Positions 1 through 20,272 of a stretch of DNA of 64,000 bases are shown in pieces; within the stretch, counting starts at the first letter, position 1, and each line of letters starts with the position of its first letter. The notes below the pieces were generated by a model that was given only the letters and a program-made list of their open reading frames with translations, was not told the DNA's origin and did not search any database. The position numbers and the translations under genes are program-made. The DNA is taken from NCBI RefSeq assembly GCF_009914755.1, contig NC_060932.1, one strand, 5' to 3'. Origin of the DNA: the human T2T-CHM13v2.0 reference genome, Homo sapiens.

Positions 1-1546
<1,546 letters not shown>

Positions 1547-1682
1547 TGTTTCTTTATAAATGTATTTGTCTCTTTCCTTCACCAGCCCCTAGTGACAAAG
1601 ACTACTTCTGTCTTGTCAACTCTGGAATCCCTGGCCTCCAGCATAAGGTAGAACCTACATCAGGGACTCAACAACTATTAAG

Positions 1683-1812
1683 GGGAGGAATGAAACAAGA
1701 AAATAAGGAAAGCAGGGAGGGAGGGAAGGAAAAAGAAAGGGAGGGAGGGAGGGGCGAAGGAAGAAAGGAAGGAAGGAAGGAAGGAAAGAAGGAAGGAAGG
1801 ATGGAAGGGAAA
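1683..1812 (+). repeat. GA-rich / (GGAA)n low-complexity tract
   Basis: gaaggaaggaaggaaggaaagaaggaagg repeats visible directly. Confidence 0.9.
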
Positions 1813-1887
1813 CCAGAGATTCCCCAGGCAAGTGAGGTGGGAAGAGCATTCCAGGCAGGCAACTATGTGCAAAGGCTCAGAGGTCAA

Positions 1888-2062
1888 CAGGACTGACTAC
1901 ATAATTTGTAGGGCCCAGTGCAAAGTGAAAATGCAGGCTTCCTTACTCAAATGTTACTAAGAATTTCAAGACAGCTACCACAGAGCATTAAACCAAATGT
2001 GGGCTTTTCTGAGAGCGGGGGCCCTTTGTGATTGCACAGGTTACCTGCCCACGAAGCCCTCC
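1888..2062 (-). mobile_element. MER45A-like hAT DNA transposon relic
   Basis: caggactgactacataatttgtagggcccagtgcaaagtgaaaatgc...cagagcattaaacc matches the reverse complement of the recalled MER45A consensus. Confidence 0.7.
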
Positions 2063-2856
2063 TTTGAAGACAAGCATAATGAATGATCAGCAGTCGGGTA
2101 GAGCTTGCCTCTCTCAATCCACACCTTGGTCAGAAGAGGTAGTCAATGTGACCTCTAGCAACCACACCATGTTTCCTAACAGCTGAAGCCAGTTTCCCAG
2201 AAGAGAACAGAGCCCATGTAAGGGTGTTCTTCCAAATTTGATGTTGATATTAAGAAATACCTAAGGACATGTTTTTTCGGTATAGGCTGCACAACACATT
2301 GCTTGGTGAAAGCTTGCTAAAACTCTCAGCAAGCCCCAAACAGAGCTGCAGTGTGTGGAGTTCTGGATCAAAGCCTGCCTGCTGAAAGTAGAAAGTACTG
2401 AGTTTCTACTAATGAGGCCCATTCAGCGTCTAGTCAAATCTTTCTCTATTCTGTGCCTGGCGAACACGGCAATTTGTTATCAACCCACAGAGTGAGCTGC
2501 AGATAAATGCTCTCTGATCCTATCTTTGGTAAAACCTGTAATTTACAGGCTATCTTAGGGGATAACTGTAATTGGAACTTTTACGTTATGTTTTACTTTC
2601 AGTTGTGATCACCCACAGCTCCATTTGCTTAGATACATCTAAAGGGCACCTGTACTTGGGTCTAGTTTTGACCTTGTACTTGGTGTGAGTGTGTGTGACT
2701 GCATGTGAGTGTGTGTTCATACATACACACATACCCTTTTGTGAAATTCGCACATATATAAATATGAAATGGGTAACTACTTTATTTGCTTTGTTTCTGT
2801 TAAGCCTAGAGAAAGCTGGTAATCCCAGAGACACTGGAAATACCATTTCCATATAG

Positions 2857-3392
2857 AGCCAGTAATCTCATTATTAGGTTTATACCCAAAGGATTATAAA
2901 TCATTCTACTAAAGACACATGCACGTATATGCTTATTACAGCACTATTTACAATATCAAAGACTTGGAACCAACCCAAATACCCATCAATGATACACTGG
3001 ATAAAGAAAACGTGGCACATATATGCCATGGAATACTATGCAGCCATAAAAAAGACTGAGTTCATATCTTTTGCAGGGACATGGATGAAGCTGGAAGCCA
3101 TCATTTTCAGCAAACTAACACAGGAACAGAAAACCAAACACCACATGTTCTCACTCATAAGTAGGAGTTGAACAATGAGAACGCATGGACAGGGGGAGGG
3201 AAAAATCACATACTGGGGCCTGTCGGGGGTGGGGGACAAGGGGAGGGAGGGCATTAGGACAAATACCTAATGCATGTGGGGCTTAAAACCTAGATGATGG
3301 GTTGACAGGTGGAGCAAACCACCATGGCACATGTATACCTATGTAACAAAGCTGCATGTTCTGCACATGTATTCCAGAACTTAAAATAAAAT
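2857..3392 (+). mobile_element. LINE-1 (L1PA) 3' end: ORF2 C-terminus + 3'UTR
   Basis: ORF 2929-3171 (TWNQPKYPS...MEYYAAIKK...FAGTWMKLE) is the L1 ORF2 C-terminus; G-rich 3'UTR tract and aataaa tail follow. Confidence 0.93.
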
Positions 3393-3543
3393 TATATATA
3401 TATAATATATGTATATATTATAATATATGTGTATATATACATATATTATAATATATGTATATATTATACGTATATTATAATATATGTATATATTATACGT
3501 ATATTATAATATATGTATATATTATATATAATATATATATATG
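3393..3543. repeat. AT-rich (TA)n-like minisatellite derived from the L1 tail
   Basis: Repeated tatattataatatatgtatatattatacg units. Confidence 0.9.
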
Positions 3544-3680
3544 TTAGTTTATAATGGTCTCCTTCAGGAATGGAAAAGAAAAGTAAAGAAAGTTTCATCT
3601 ACTAGGCATTTTCTTACCATGTTAATCTCTCTCATATACGTGATCTCATGAATTCTTCACAAGAACCTGAGAGATGGCTA

Positions 3681-4130
3681 CTATGACAATTCATTTAATT
3701 TCATGTGTCAACTTGACAGGGTCAGGGGATCTCCAGAGAGCTGGCTAAGCATTGTTTCTGGGTGTGTGGGTGAAAGTGTTCCTGGAGGTGATTTGTATCT
3801 GAATTGGTAGACTGGGTAAATATCACCCTGTCCAGTGCAGGTGAGCATCACTTAGCCTACTGAAGGCCTGAATAGATCAAGAAGGCAGAAGACAATTGGA
3901 TTTGCTCCCTCTCTTCCTGGCTGCTGGAGCTCAATTGAACTTCCCCTGCCCTCAGCACGCCTAATTCTCAGAACTCAGGCTAGCATTGGAATCTATACCA
4001 AGACTCTCAGACTTTCCAGCGACACCACCAGCTTTCCTAGGTCTCCAGCTTGCAGACAGCAGATCGTGGGACTTTCCAGCTGCCATAACCATGTGAGCTC
4101 AATCCTCATAATAAATCTCTTTTTAGCAAT

Positions 4131-4135
<5 letters not shown>
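3681..4135 (+). mobile_element. MLT2-family ERVL solo LTR
   Basis: ttaatttcatgtgtcaacttgac...tttctgggtgtgtgggtgaaagtgtt...ccagcttgcagacagcagatcgtgggactt...aataaatctct. Confidence 0.75.
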
Positions 4136-4164
<29 letters not shown>

Positions 4165-4173
4165 AGATAGATA
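4136..4173 (+). repeat. (GATA)n microsatellite
   Basis: gatagatagatagatagata. Confidence 0.95.
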
Positions 4174-4180
4174 AATATCA

Positions 4181-4540
<360 letters not shown>

Positions 4541-4977
4541 ACCCATATGATTTTCATGAAACCACATTTCTTCTTGAAGAGAGTAAAAAAGGGATGAAAG
4601 AAAAATGGAGTTATATTCTTTTCCTTGAGGATAAAAAAAAGTACACTGAAAACTATCCCATGGCTTAGGAATTAGCCTAGACTCAACTGCCTATTTTGTT
4701 GGCAGCTAAAATCTCATCTTCTTCTACTTGTTCAACCTCAGAGAATCAATCAACAATCAGGCAGCCATTGTATTAATAGCTGTTATAAGCCATAGTAATG
4801 GAAAATTCAAAAGAATAATAGTTTGGACTGTGTATGGTTTCAGAAGGTATTTTTTACTACTTTTACTGTTAGGAATGACTAGAAAATCATTCCCAGCACC
4901 TCCAGCAAACTATTGACTCCACACTAGCCTTCAATTCTTGAGAAAAGAGTGTGAACTAAGGTCACTTGGGGCTCCAC

Positions 4978-5285
<308 letters not shown>

Positions 5286-5289
5286 AGGG

Positions 5290-5885
5290 GATCCACTTTC
5301 ATGGTGGTGCACTCACATGGGTGGTAGGTAGGTTGGTGCCAGCTGTCAGCTGGGAGCTGTGCTGGGACTGTGTGCTGGGAGCCTGGGTTTTGCCATAGCT
5401 TTATTGGGTTTCCTTGCGGCATGGTAGCTCGGGTTTTTTTGTTTTTTGTTTTTTGTTTTCATGGGGTCTCTCTCTGTGGCCCAGGCTGCAGTACAGTGGT
5501 ACGATGATGGCTCACTGTAGCCTCAACCTCCTGGGTTCAGGTGATCCTCCCACCTCAGCCTCCTGAGTAGCTGGGACTACAGGTGCATACCAGCACACCT
5601 GGCCAATTTTTGTACTTTCTATCACAATGGGGTTTCACAATATTGCCCAGGCCAGGTTAGTTCAGTTCTAAGAATGAGTGGCCCAAGAGCTCCAGAGAGG
5701 CACTTTGTTACGCTTTATGACCCAGCCCCAGAAGTCATAGTATCACTTTTTTTGTAGTCACAAGCCCAGCTAGATTCAGAGGGAACATTGAATCTACCTG
5801 TCAGTGGAAGGAAAACCAACCCACACTGCAAAAAGAGATGAGAGACTTTCTTAAGGCCATTTTTGGGAAGTACAGTTTGCCACAG
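5290..5885. mobile_element. MLT1 (MaLR) LTR fragments interrupted by a partial antisense Alu (~5435-5655)
   Basis: MLT1-like gctgtcagctgggagct... and ...ggccatttttggg...tgccaca end; Alu body between them. Confidence 0.55.
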
Positions 5886-6571
5886 AGTGGTAGTAACGAG
5901 TTAAACATTTTATGAATAATATGTGTTTAGATGCCTGGTAGAGTACCTGGCATGTAGCAGAGACCCAATTTGTGGTGGCTGGTTTACACACGGATATGGA
6001 ACCAAGGCTAGTCAGAATCTCAGGGGAGGCCTTCAACAGGTCAACAGGTATTCAGGGTCCAGTGATTTTCAGATAGCCTATTTTGCGGTGATCTGGATCA
6101 CCCTTGCTCTCACCTCACAATCATAATAAAGAGTGTGACCGTCCTGACATTTTGCTTTCTGTATTGCTCTCCTTTTCCGTCAGTTCATAACCCACATATT
6201 TGGTCGATCATGAGAATGACCAGAGACAGGCAACACTGTGGCATTGTTTAGTCACATCCCATTTGTCTCATGGCTGGGTCTATCCAAACTGTCTTGTATA
6301 GGTTGGCTCCAACACAGTTTGTCTACAGTGTGTGAAAGTGGATGTTAGTGATAAGACAGGATGTGAACTTGACCTACTGTCAGTCAAATAGGAGGTTTTG
6401 GCATGGAGCGCTTCTGAGCCACTCCGTCTCAGCTGTAGAGATGCCAGTATAGCAACAGAGCTTCTCTGTTCAACTGATTTGGAGCTGGAAAGAACCCTCG
6501 AAAAGGGCCAGAGACAGAACGGCACTTGCCCAAGGTCATAGAGGGATTTAATGTCAGAGTCATGAATTAGA

Positions 6572-7493
<922 letters not shown>

Positions 7494-7539
7494 GACTAAA
7501 ATTCAGGTCCTCTAGTTGCTTGTAAATCTATCCAGCTAA

Positions 7540-8280
7540 AATATTATTTTGCTAAAAATTTATAAAGACCAAATTCAGATGCTGAATTGGTAGGGCTTTA
7601 CTGTAGAAAGAAAACACACACACACGAAAAGACAAGTTAAAATATAGAATCGTCTACGAGATAACAGGCCTGATTTCTCCAAAAAGTCAAAGTCATGAAA
7701 AAAAGGAGGCAGGAATGACTCTTGGAGATTAAAAGAGACTCATGACCTTGTCCTTGATTGGACCTGGTTTTAGAAAAACATAGCTAGAAAAGATATTTGA
7801 GAGACAGTTGGAAAAATTTGATTATGCTATTATTGTTTAATTTTTTTAAGTGTGGATATCTTGTTGTGGTTAAGAGAATGTCCTTGTTTTGGGGACATGC
7901 ATGTTGAAATATTTAGCGATAATCTGTAACTTACTCTGAAATAAATATCTCAGCCATGAAAAGTAATCAAATATGAGGAAATGTTAATAATTAATGAATC
8001 TACATTGTAGATCTGTAATATTCTTTTTTCTGTATGTGTGAAAATGTTTTTAAAATAATGTGAATAATATAAATAAAATAAAGGTAAAATTAGAAGAAAA
8101 AAATTGAAGTTTTCTGAAGTTCACAAAGATGTTCATTGCAGCAATGTACATAATAGAAAAAAAAATCAGAAGCAACCCTAACTATTTATCCCTAAGCAAC
8201 TCCTAAGCACGGTTAAATAAATTCTGGTATTCTAGATGAGGTAGAATACATGCAACATTTACAAAGAGAAAGACACAGAC
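7540..8280 (+). mobile_element. Ancient L1M fragments
   Basis: AT-rich degenerate L1 3'-region words (gatgttcattgcagca, ggttaaataaattctggtat). Confidence 0.5.
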
Positions 8281-8283
8281 ATC

Positions 8284-8447
8284 TTTTTTTTTTTTTTGAG
8301 ACAGAGTCTTTCTCTGTCACTCAGGCTGGAGTGCAGTGGAGTGATCTCAGCTCACTGCAACCTCCATATCCTGGGTTCAAGCAATTCTCATGCTTCAGCC
8401 TCCCATTGGCTGGGATTACAGGCATGCACCACCACACTTGGCTAATT
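8284..8447 (-). mobile_element. Alu right-monomer fragment
   Basis: Poly-T then tgagacagagtct...ggctaatt. Confidence 0.88.
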
Positions 8448-8856
8448 GAAAGATACAAACCTCTGTTGACAAGCCTGAATGTGCAAACAGGAGTGAAAAT
8501 ATTATGAATCAATAATGACTGTCAAGAGTTTCCCTCATCCTGGGACATCAGTTTTCATGAGGGCAGCCGGAGTTACCAACTCTAATTCTCAGATTGGCAA
8601 TCGGTAGCTGTGATGCAGCAGCTCTGTGGATGCTGAGCCATCCAGGATGAGACCATACGTGATGGAAATGTAAATCTCAGCCCAGTGATGATCTATACTG
8701 CAAGAAATACCACTTTCTTTATTTTCTGAATATTGACTTTGCATTAAACTTCCATTCCATTGGGATAGTAAAATTCCCACCTCTGGAAATGTAGCATTTC
8801 CTTTTTCTCAGGATCTGTCTCTCTGGAGGAGATTTTGGGTTAAACCATCTAACATG

Positions 8857-9272
8857 GCATATATATATTTAAATATAATATAATATAATATATAATTTAA
8901 TTAATATATAATATATTAATTTATATATAACATATAAATATATATTTTAAAATATATATTTAAATTATATATATATTTTTTTCTTTTTTTTTTTTTAAGA
9001 AAGAGTCTTGCTTTCTCACCCAGGCTTAAGTGCAGTGGTGCAATCACAGCTCACTGCTGCCTTCACCTCCTGGGCTCAAATAATCCTTGTGCCTCAGCCT
9101 CCAGAGTAGCTGGGACTGCAGGTGCAAGCCACCATGCCCGGCTAATTTTTATATTTATAGTAGAGACAGGGTTTTGTCATGTTGGCCAGGCTGGCCTCCA
9201 ACTCCTGTGCTCAAGTGATTCACCTTCTTCAGCCTCACAAAGTGCTAGGATTACAGGCATGAGCCACCACGC
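8857..9272 (-). mobile_element. AluJ-like element with an AT-rich degenerate tail (8857-8975)
   Basis: Antisense Alu body preceded by a (TA)-rich tract. Confidence 0.88.
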
Positions 9273-9520
9273 ATGAAAAAATGGCCAGTATGTTTAACCT
9301 TCCAAAATTCCAACTTCATACAGTTTAATCTAAAACATAGGACCATGTTCATTTGAATGGGGATGGGGAAGGGACTGAGGAGAGGGAAAATGGAATAGAA
9401 CTGGATGTCCTAATATGGATGGCTTTCCAAGACAAATTCATTATTGAGAATGTGTACATACATATGCAAACAGATAGGCTGCCGACCACTGAGTGAAAAT
9501 AGCTTATAATAATATAAGAA

Positions 9521-9820
9521 GGCTGGGCACAGTGGCTCACACCTATAATCTCACCCCTTTGGGAGACTAAGGTGGGAGGATTGCTTGAGCCCAGGAGCTC
9601 AAGACCAGGTTGGGCAACGTGGCAAGACCCCGTCTCTACAAAATTAAAGAAAAGAAATTAGCCGAGCATGGTGGTGTTCACCTGTAGTCCTAGCTACTTG
9701 GGAGGCTGAGGCAGGAGAATCACTTGAGCCCAGGTGTTTGAGGCTGTAGAGAGCTATGCTCTTCAGCTTGAATGATGGAGTTAGGCCCTGCCTCCAAAAA
9801 CAAAATAATAATAATAATAT
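9521..9820 (+). mobile_element. Alu (AluJ-like)
   Basis: ggctgggcacagtggctcac...; flanking duplication ataataatataagaa. Confidence 0.9.
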
Positions 9821-10019
9821 AAGAAAGGCACACATGGAACAAGGCTATGTATTTTCTTGAGTGTTTGTGTATGTGTGTATATAAAAAATATATGTATAGA
9901 TGTGTTATACATATACACGAACATGTATATATATTTTATATTTAAAATGGTGGAAAATATAAAATCCAAATGGACCACAATGACTGCCTTGGGGAATCAG
10001 AGATTTGTAGTGAGTGCTG

Positions 10020-10310
10020 TAATGTGCTGTTCAAATTAGTCCGTCATGACCAAGACAGTGATTACCTCAGCTGGCAGCAGTGCTGCTCGCTGCCTTCCAG
10101 TCTGAGCTGACTTCTCCAAGGTTCTGCCCCTTCTCCAGGGGCAGCCTACCTCCAGGAGTGCCAAGGCAAAGTCCCCTTGCCCCAACTATGAACCTCTCCA
10201 AAGGACCATCTCAGTGGCAGAGCTCCCTGTGGGGTTGGCTAAGGCCTCTGAGACCCATGTTAATCCCAAAGGCACTGCCTAATAATCCTCCTGCATGCAT
10301 ATCTGCATCT
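10020..10310 (+). mobile_element. LTR16-like ERVL LTR fragment
   Basis: ccccttctccaggggcagcc...gagctccctgtggggttggctaaggcct...aataatcctcctgcatgcatatctgcatct resembles recalled LTR16 motifs. Confidence 0.55.
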
Positions 10311-10966
<656 letters not shown>

Positions 10967-10980
10967 TGATTTAGCTTCTA

Positions 10981-11293
<313 letters not shown>

Positions 11294-11643
11294 TCAGCAC
11301 CATTACTGCTTACTCACAAGCATTTAATGGCTTGTATCTTACCGAATGCAGTCTTGTGCCTCACGCAACATTGTCCTCCAGCCCCTACACAATGTGGTGC
11401 TCCATTACTCTGTGACCTTAGTGCTGCTTCTCTCTCACTAGGTCTTTCTGTACCACTCCTACTGGCATCATTGCTGCCCCTCCAGCCTGCTAGGCAAACT
11501 CCCATCTCAGGGCTTTTGCACTTACTCTTCCTTCCACCTGAAAGATTCTTATGCTAAATATTCACATGACTCACTCCCTCACTTCGCCTAGACTTTAAAT
11601 AATATTACTATCTCTGTAAAGTCTTCCTCAATCTCCCTAATTA

Positions 11644-11946
<303 letters not shown>

Positions 11947-12610
11947 TGTAGATCACTGTGTGAAGTTCTCCCATTTCACTGATGAGAAACTGCGACCTTG
12001 AGAGGCAGGTGTCTAGTTTAATAACGCAGGAGGAGCAGAAAACAGATGTCCCTTTTCTTGGCACTTCTCACCACAGCTTCTGTCTTTAGTATATGTAATT
12101 TTTTTTAGGAGCCAAGAAATTCCATGATGGCAATTTAAAAAGCAATCAGCTTCTTTGTGTTTGACCAATGACGGATGAGCACATGGTTTTGTTTGCTATA
12201 GATAAACTGAGTTGATCAAGACATCAAAGACTTCCTGCTGGATGGGCCAGTCCAACCGGCTTATGGTATTTAGAGTTGATGTCAATGCATTAAAAAAGGT
12301 AATAAATTAACCCCATTATTCTTGGCCATTTATAAGAAACTGCTCCTGCTTGGGAGAACCTGTGCTTCTGGTTCTGGACTAAGAATTGCTCAACCTGGAC
12401 CTCATTAATAGGGCAAGAGCTCAGAAGAGCATCCATCTGGCTTGGATTACCTTCAAGGATGGAGAAAATGGAGCATTATTCTCTAGTTAATACTGAAAAC
12501 ACCCAGTATAATGCATGGTAACTAGTAAGCTCTCAAAAAACATCTGCTGAATCTAAATTAAAAACAGCAACAATGACAAAACCTTTCTAAAATGTTTTGC
12601 TTAGGCTAGA

Positions 12611-12908
<298 letters not shown>

Positions 12909-12924
12909 TCATTTTTGTTATAAT

Positions 12925-13130
12925 ATAGTGGTTATAATTATGAACTCTGGAATAAGCTGAGTGATCTTAAATAAACCACTGAAACTTTAGGTACCTCAAT
13001 TTCCTCTTTGACAAAATGGGATTAATAATAGTGTTTACCTCATAGGTTGTTGTGAGAATTCAGTGTGGTAACCCACAAAAAGCACTTAGACCAATGTCTG
13101 GCACGTGACAAACTCTATGTAAGTTTTGCT
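12925..13130 (+). mobile_element. MIR SINE
   Basis: MIR core cctcaatttcctc...aaaatgggattaataatag...cctcataggttgttgtgagaatt. Confidence 0.8.
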
Positions 13131-13468
13131 ATAATGTCTCCCTATGTGCCAATTAGTTTATTCAACCAATGTGTACCAGGCACCCTACTTTGGGTGCTAA
13201 GCTCTGTGCTGGCTCTCAGGAATACAAAAATGCAAAGACATGGTTTCTGTGTTCCTGTAGCCCACAGCCATGGCAGATACTGCTAACTGGGAATCAACAG
13301 ACCATTACATTTGTGAGCACATGTTGGTGTATATTTTTCGAAAGTGGAGAACTCACTGTCTTCATTATTTGCTCAAAGGGATCCATGACCACTCCACAAG
13401 CAGATTTTTAAAACCTGGTTAAGGACCACCTTAATTTTGTTATAAATATTGTTATTGTTATATTGTTA

Positions 13469-14120
<652 letters not shown>

Positions 14121-14129
14121 GTTAGACCA

Positions 14130-14860
14130 GCGGGACATTCGCTAAAGCAATTAAAACATATTTTATTCAATACTACTCACAGTCAGGGAAAGACCTGAGC
14201 TCCATTCTAATTTGTGCCCAGGTATCTGGGCATTTTAAAGGGAGAAGGAGGGATGGGGGATGGCAGGGCTTGAAATGAGTTAGGGAAGTGAAAAATTACA
14301 AAGAGCAGGAAGGGAAAAGGGCTTGGCCCATGTGACTGAGACTAGCACAGGACCCTATCTTCAGGTGTTGGCTGGAACAAACAGTAAGTTCTTTGAATTT
14401 TGTAGGCAGGCACTTTCAGGGTGGGCTCAAATCGTGCTGGGGAGGCATCCTCGTGCTGTTAGAACCATGTTAGTGTGTGTCCAAGGCTTTTTTTTTTTCT
14501 TTTTTTCAGAGACAGGGTCTCACTCTGTTGCCCAGGCTGGAGTGCAGTGGTGCAATCACAGCTCACTACAGCCTTGAATTCTTAAGCTTAAGTGATCCTC
14601 CCACCTCAACCTCCTGAGTACCTGACACCACAAGTGCACACCACCATGTCTGACTAGTTTTTTTAAAAATATTTTTGTGAGATGGGGTCTCCCTCTGTTT
14701 CTTGGGCTGGTCTTGAACTGCTGGGCTCAAGTAATCCTACTTCCTCGGCCTTCCAAAGTGCTGGGATTACAGGCGTGCACCACCATGCCCAGCCTGTCCA
14801 AGTCTTTTTAGGCTGAGGTTAAGACCTGGTAAGAGATTGGTCAAGAAGAGAATCTTTGCT
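14130..14860 (-). mobile_element. MER67-like ERV1 LTR split by an antisense AluJ (14488-14794)
   Basis: Reverse complement starts tagcaaagattctcttcttgaccaa and contains ttactgtttgttccagccaacacctgaagatagg, as in the recalled MER67A consensus. Confidence 0.6.
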
Positions 14861-15000
14861 ATCACCCTATTGGGCTTATTCCATTAGTTTACAAATGAAG
14901 CCCAGGAAATACTAATGTAGATGGGTCCCAGCAAGAATTTAAGTACTGGTAATTCTTAACAAATGTTTATGAAGAGTTTATTATGTACCAAACTCCCTAC

Positions 15001-15085
15001 CACACCTACATCCACAATCTTCACACCTACATCCACAATCTTCACACCTACATCCACAATACCACATCTACATCCACAATCTTCA
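15001..15085 (+). repeat. 21-bp minisatellite (cacacctacatccacaatctt) x~4
   Basis: Direct tandem copies at 15001, 15022, 15043, 15063. Confidence 0.92.
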
Positions 15086-15099
15086 TTTGCTCCTCTATT

Positions 15100-15335
15100 T
15101 GCAAGATCTTGTCTTTACAAAAAAAATTTTAAAAATCATTAGCCAGGTATGGTGGTGTGTTCCTGTGGTCCCAGCTACTCAGGAGGTTGAGGTGGGAGCA
15201 TCGCTTGAGCCCAGGAGTTTGAGGCTGCAGTGAGCTAGGATTGCACTATGCACTCCAGTCCGGGTGACAGACTGAGACCCTGTCTCAAAATATAATAATA
15301 AATTAAACAAACAAACAAACAAACAAACAAACAAA
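15100..15335 (+). mobile_element. 5'-truncated AluJ with (AAAC)n tail
   Basis: Right monomer plus aaacaaac tail. Confidence 0.88.
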
Positions 15336-16514
15336 TAAGTAATCTGGCCGACGCAGATACTGAACGTTGGTTAACACAATCCCAATTCCTAATCCCTTTC
15401 CTCCTTGACTGCTTTTGCTACAGAGGTTGGAAAACTCCAACACTTGCTATCCCAGCTTTACTTGCAGCTAGCAGAGGCCATATGAGAGCTCTAGCCAATG
15501 AGGCTGAATGTTTTACCACGGGTTGGTTGGAAGGTTTTTGCTTTTTCTGGCAAACAGGACATACTTGGTTTAGGCTGCTTCTTTTACTTATTCCTGCTTT
15601 AACCATGGATTTGATGCCCAAGACCAAGAATATGCTGCTCTGACAATACTAAGCTCAAACAACAAAGAGTATTGTTTTTTACATAAGAAGAGGAAAAATG
15701 ATCTCTTCTTTTATCTCTCACTTACAATTGTCTAAGTTTTCCCAGAAGCTCCCCAATAGCTTTCCTTTCACATGCCATTGGCCAGAATTGGATCAGCTGA
15801 GCCCATTCCTGAATTGATCACTAAGAAAGGAAGTAGAATCACATGCTAGGCTTAGACTGATCACTGGGTAGAATGGATACTGGAGCATCAATCAAAGCAT
15901 GCCCTATAGCAGGTAAATGTGATCACAAGACAAATAATGACTTTCTGAATATAAAAACCATAGGAATAAATAACAAATTAAATGACTGGTGAATATGAGC
16001 TTATTGACATTAAAGCAAATTTATAAAACCACTCATAAACAAAAGGAAAAGGCAAATAAGACATCAGGGATATATTTTTGCAATTTACATGGCAAATAAA
16101 GTGTTAATATCTCATAAGTCACTTCTAAAAATTCACCTTAAGGAAATCATTAAGGTCATATGCAATGATTTAGTCACAAAGATGTTTGTAACAGAACTGT
16201 GTTTAATAACGGAAGTTTGCAAGCAAGATGAATTCCTAGCAATAAGGTACTGGTTAGGTAAAATATGATACTAACCTACAATGGAATGCAACAGGACTAT
16301 TGAAAAACAACGTTGCAGAAATATATGTACCGTTATGAAAAGATGATTGTGATGTGTTATTAAGTGGCAAAATCAGAATACAAATAATGCACATGGTTTG
16401 TTTCTATATACCTGAAGAAAAATGTAGGAGTATGTGTGTGTGTATTTGTGTGTAATTATGTAGAAGGATGTGTATTCCAGAGTTAACAATGGCCATTTCT
16501 GATGGATTTGTTGA

Positions 16515-16826
<312 letters not shown>

Positions 16827-17203
16827 ATATATTTGTTGATTTTTTAAACTAGTGAGCATTCAGGTTGCATTTGTAATAAAATAAACAAGTAAAGGAACTT
16901 AATTTAGGGAACATGTATCAAAAAGTAAATGAGCATCTCAACAGCAAAGTGGTCAATGGGCCTAAGGAAAATATGTTCATAAAATAAAGTACAATGAGCC
17001 AATGATCAGGTGTGTAAGAATTTATTCTTGGTAATAAATCAGTATGTAATTAAAACAAGAATGTAATGTCTCTCTTTTTATTCCCAATCCATTGAACTGG
17101 AATGCTTTCCCCGCATGAAAAGAATAGAGCCTGGTTGGGAGTACAGGGAAATGTACAAGTTCACAGGTAAAACTGTGCTGAAGAACAATTTGTCAATAGG
17201 TAG

Positions 17204-18176
<973 letters not shown>

Positions 18177-18819
18177 TGGTGGGAGAATAAAAATGATCAA
18201 TGTGGTTCCAGGAAGCGCTGATTCATTAGGAGCTGGCTTTCTTTGTCTCTGTTGCTTGAAATAAAACTAGTCTTGGCTTCCTGTCACCTCAGGGGCAGCT
18301 GTGCTGTAGAAGACACAGGTGACTTGTTCCTGGTTCTGCCACTTGCTGATTTGCTTAGACAAGACTTCTTTGGGCCTCGGCTTGCCTGTGTGACTTGACA
18401 AGTGAGAATTATAACAATGTCCCTGCCCGGGAGCTGTTCAGAGGCTGAAGAGGAAGACCAGACTCAGTAAAGCCTGGAGGCTGCCAGGTAGGGCTGGGGC
18501 CAGCATGACCTGAGTCCTAGCAGGAGAAGAAGAGGCAGCCTAGAGTCTTCTGTGAAGTGCACATAGAAGAGAGACTGGGGCCAAGCCACAAAAGATAGAA
18601 TGCACAGCTGGGCCCTAAAGAAGGATTTTCTAAGAGAAAAGAAAAAGCCAATGAGACAGGACAGCTAGATACTGTGTGGTTAGAGTGAGACAAGAAAAAT
18701 CTGCATCTTCATAAGATAAATCCGGAGAGACTATTGAGAGTCTATTAGTGGCAGAGAATTGAATTCAGAGGGGCCAGTTGTGCTGCTGCAGAATCCAGAA
18801 AAAAAAAGACAGAAGCCGA

Positions 18820-18985
18820 CAAGGCACAGTGGCTCACACCTGTAATACCAGAACTTTGGGAGGCCCAGGTGGGAGGATTGCTTGAGCCCAGGAGTTTGAG
18901 GCTGCAGTGAGCCACAGTTGCACCACTGCACTCCAGCCTAGGGTGACAGAGTGAGACTCTGTCCCGAAGAGAGAGAGAGAGAGAT
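18820..18985 (+). mobile_element. FRAM-like Alu monomer with GA tail
   Basis: ggcacagtggctcacacctgtaat...ggaggattgcttgagcccaggagtttgaggctgcagtgag. Confidence 0.8.
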
Positions 18986-19664
18986 TGATTGAAGAGATGG
19001 AAGCTTATTCCAGAGCAATGACCGTGAGCATGAAGAAAGGTGGGTGGGTGAATCTATAGGACTAATCAGTAGACAGACATTGGGAAGAGGAGAACTCAGG
19101 TTCATGGCCTCAGCAAGTGGTGGTACCTGTCATAACCACTCTTGAAGCCTTGAAGCCTGTTATGTCAGGCAGAAAGTAGGGGACAAACTTTCAAATCATA
19201 CATCTACAAAGAACATTCGTCATGCACTCCAGCCATCCTGAATTGCTAGCAGTACATCAACCTATGCACATACACACTGTTCCCTTTGCTCAAATGCTCC
19301 CCATTCTCTTGGACAAATGGCAAACTCCAACCTATTTTTTGAGTTTCAGCTCTGGCCCCACCTCCCTGGGGCAGTCTTTTCAGCCTTTGCCAAATAGATA
19401 CCTCTCTGTGCTTCCACCACACCTGGGGTTACCCCCTCTCATTCTGTTCTCACAAGATCTAGGATGTCTATCCCTTCGTTCACTCATTGGTTCTATATGG
19501 AGCTACTGATATGTGATTCCTGACCCAATAGAAAATGATGAGGGTGGCTGTTTGTCTGACTCAAGCCTTTGTGAAATGACTGATGGTTCTCTAGGCCTTT
19601 TTCTGCTGTTCTCTCTGCCTGGAACACTCTAACACTCTATCTGGTTTTTATGGCTGGCTCCTTC

Positions 19665-19972
<308 letters not shown>

Positions 19973-20272
19973 GACGGCTGGCTTCTTCTTGTTGGTCAAA
20001 TTATCTAGTATCAATTACCTTCTTGCCCCATTTTCTCTTTAGCTCTCTGCCGAGATTTACTGTCTCAATAGCATTGACCATTGTTGAAATTACCTTGCTT
20101 ATTGGCTTGTCTGCTTCTTCTGACTAGAATGTCAACCTCACAAAAGCAGGGACTTGGGCTGTCTTATTGCACTCATAGTCCTGAGGACTAGCACAGTGCC
20201 TGGCACATAAGAGGAATTTGATAATGTTTGATAAAGGAATGAATGGGTTTTGTAGATAAGGATGCAGATATA

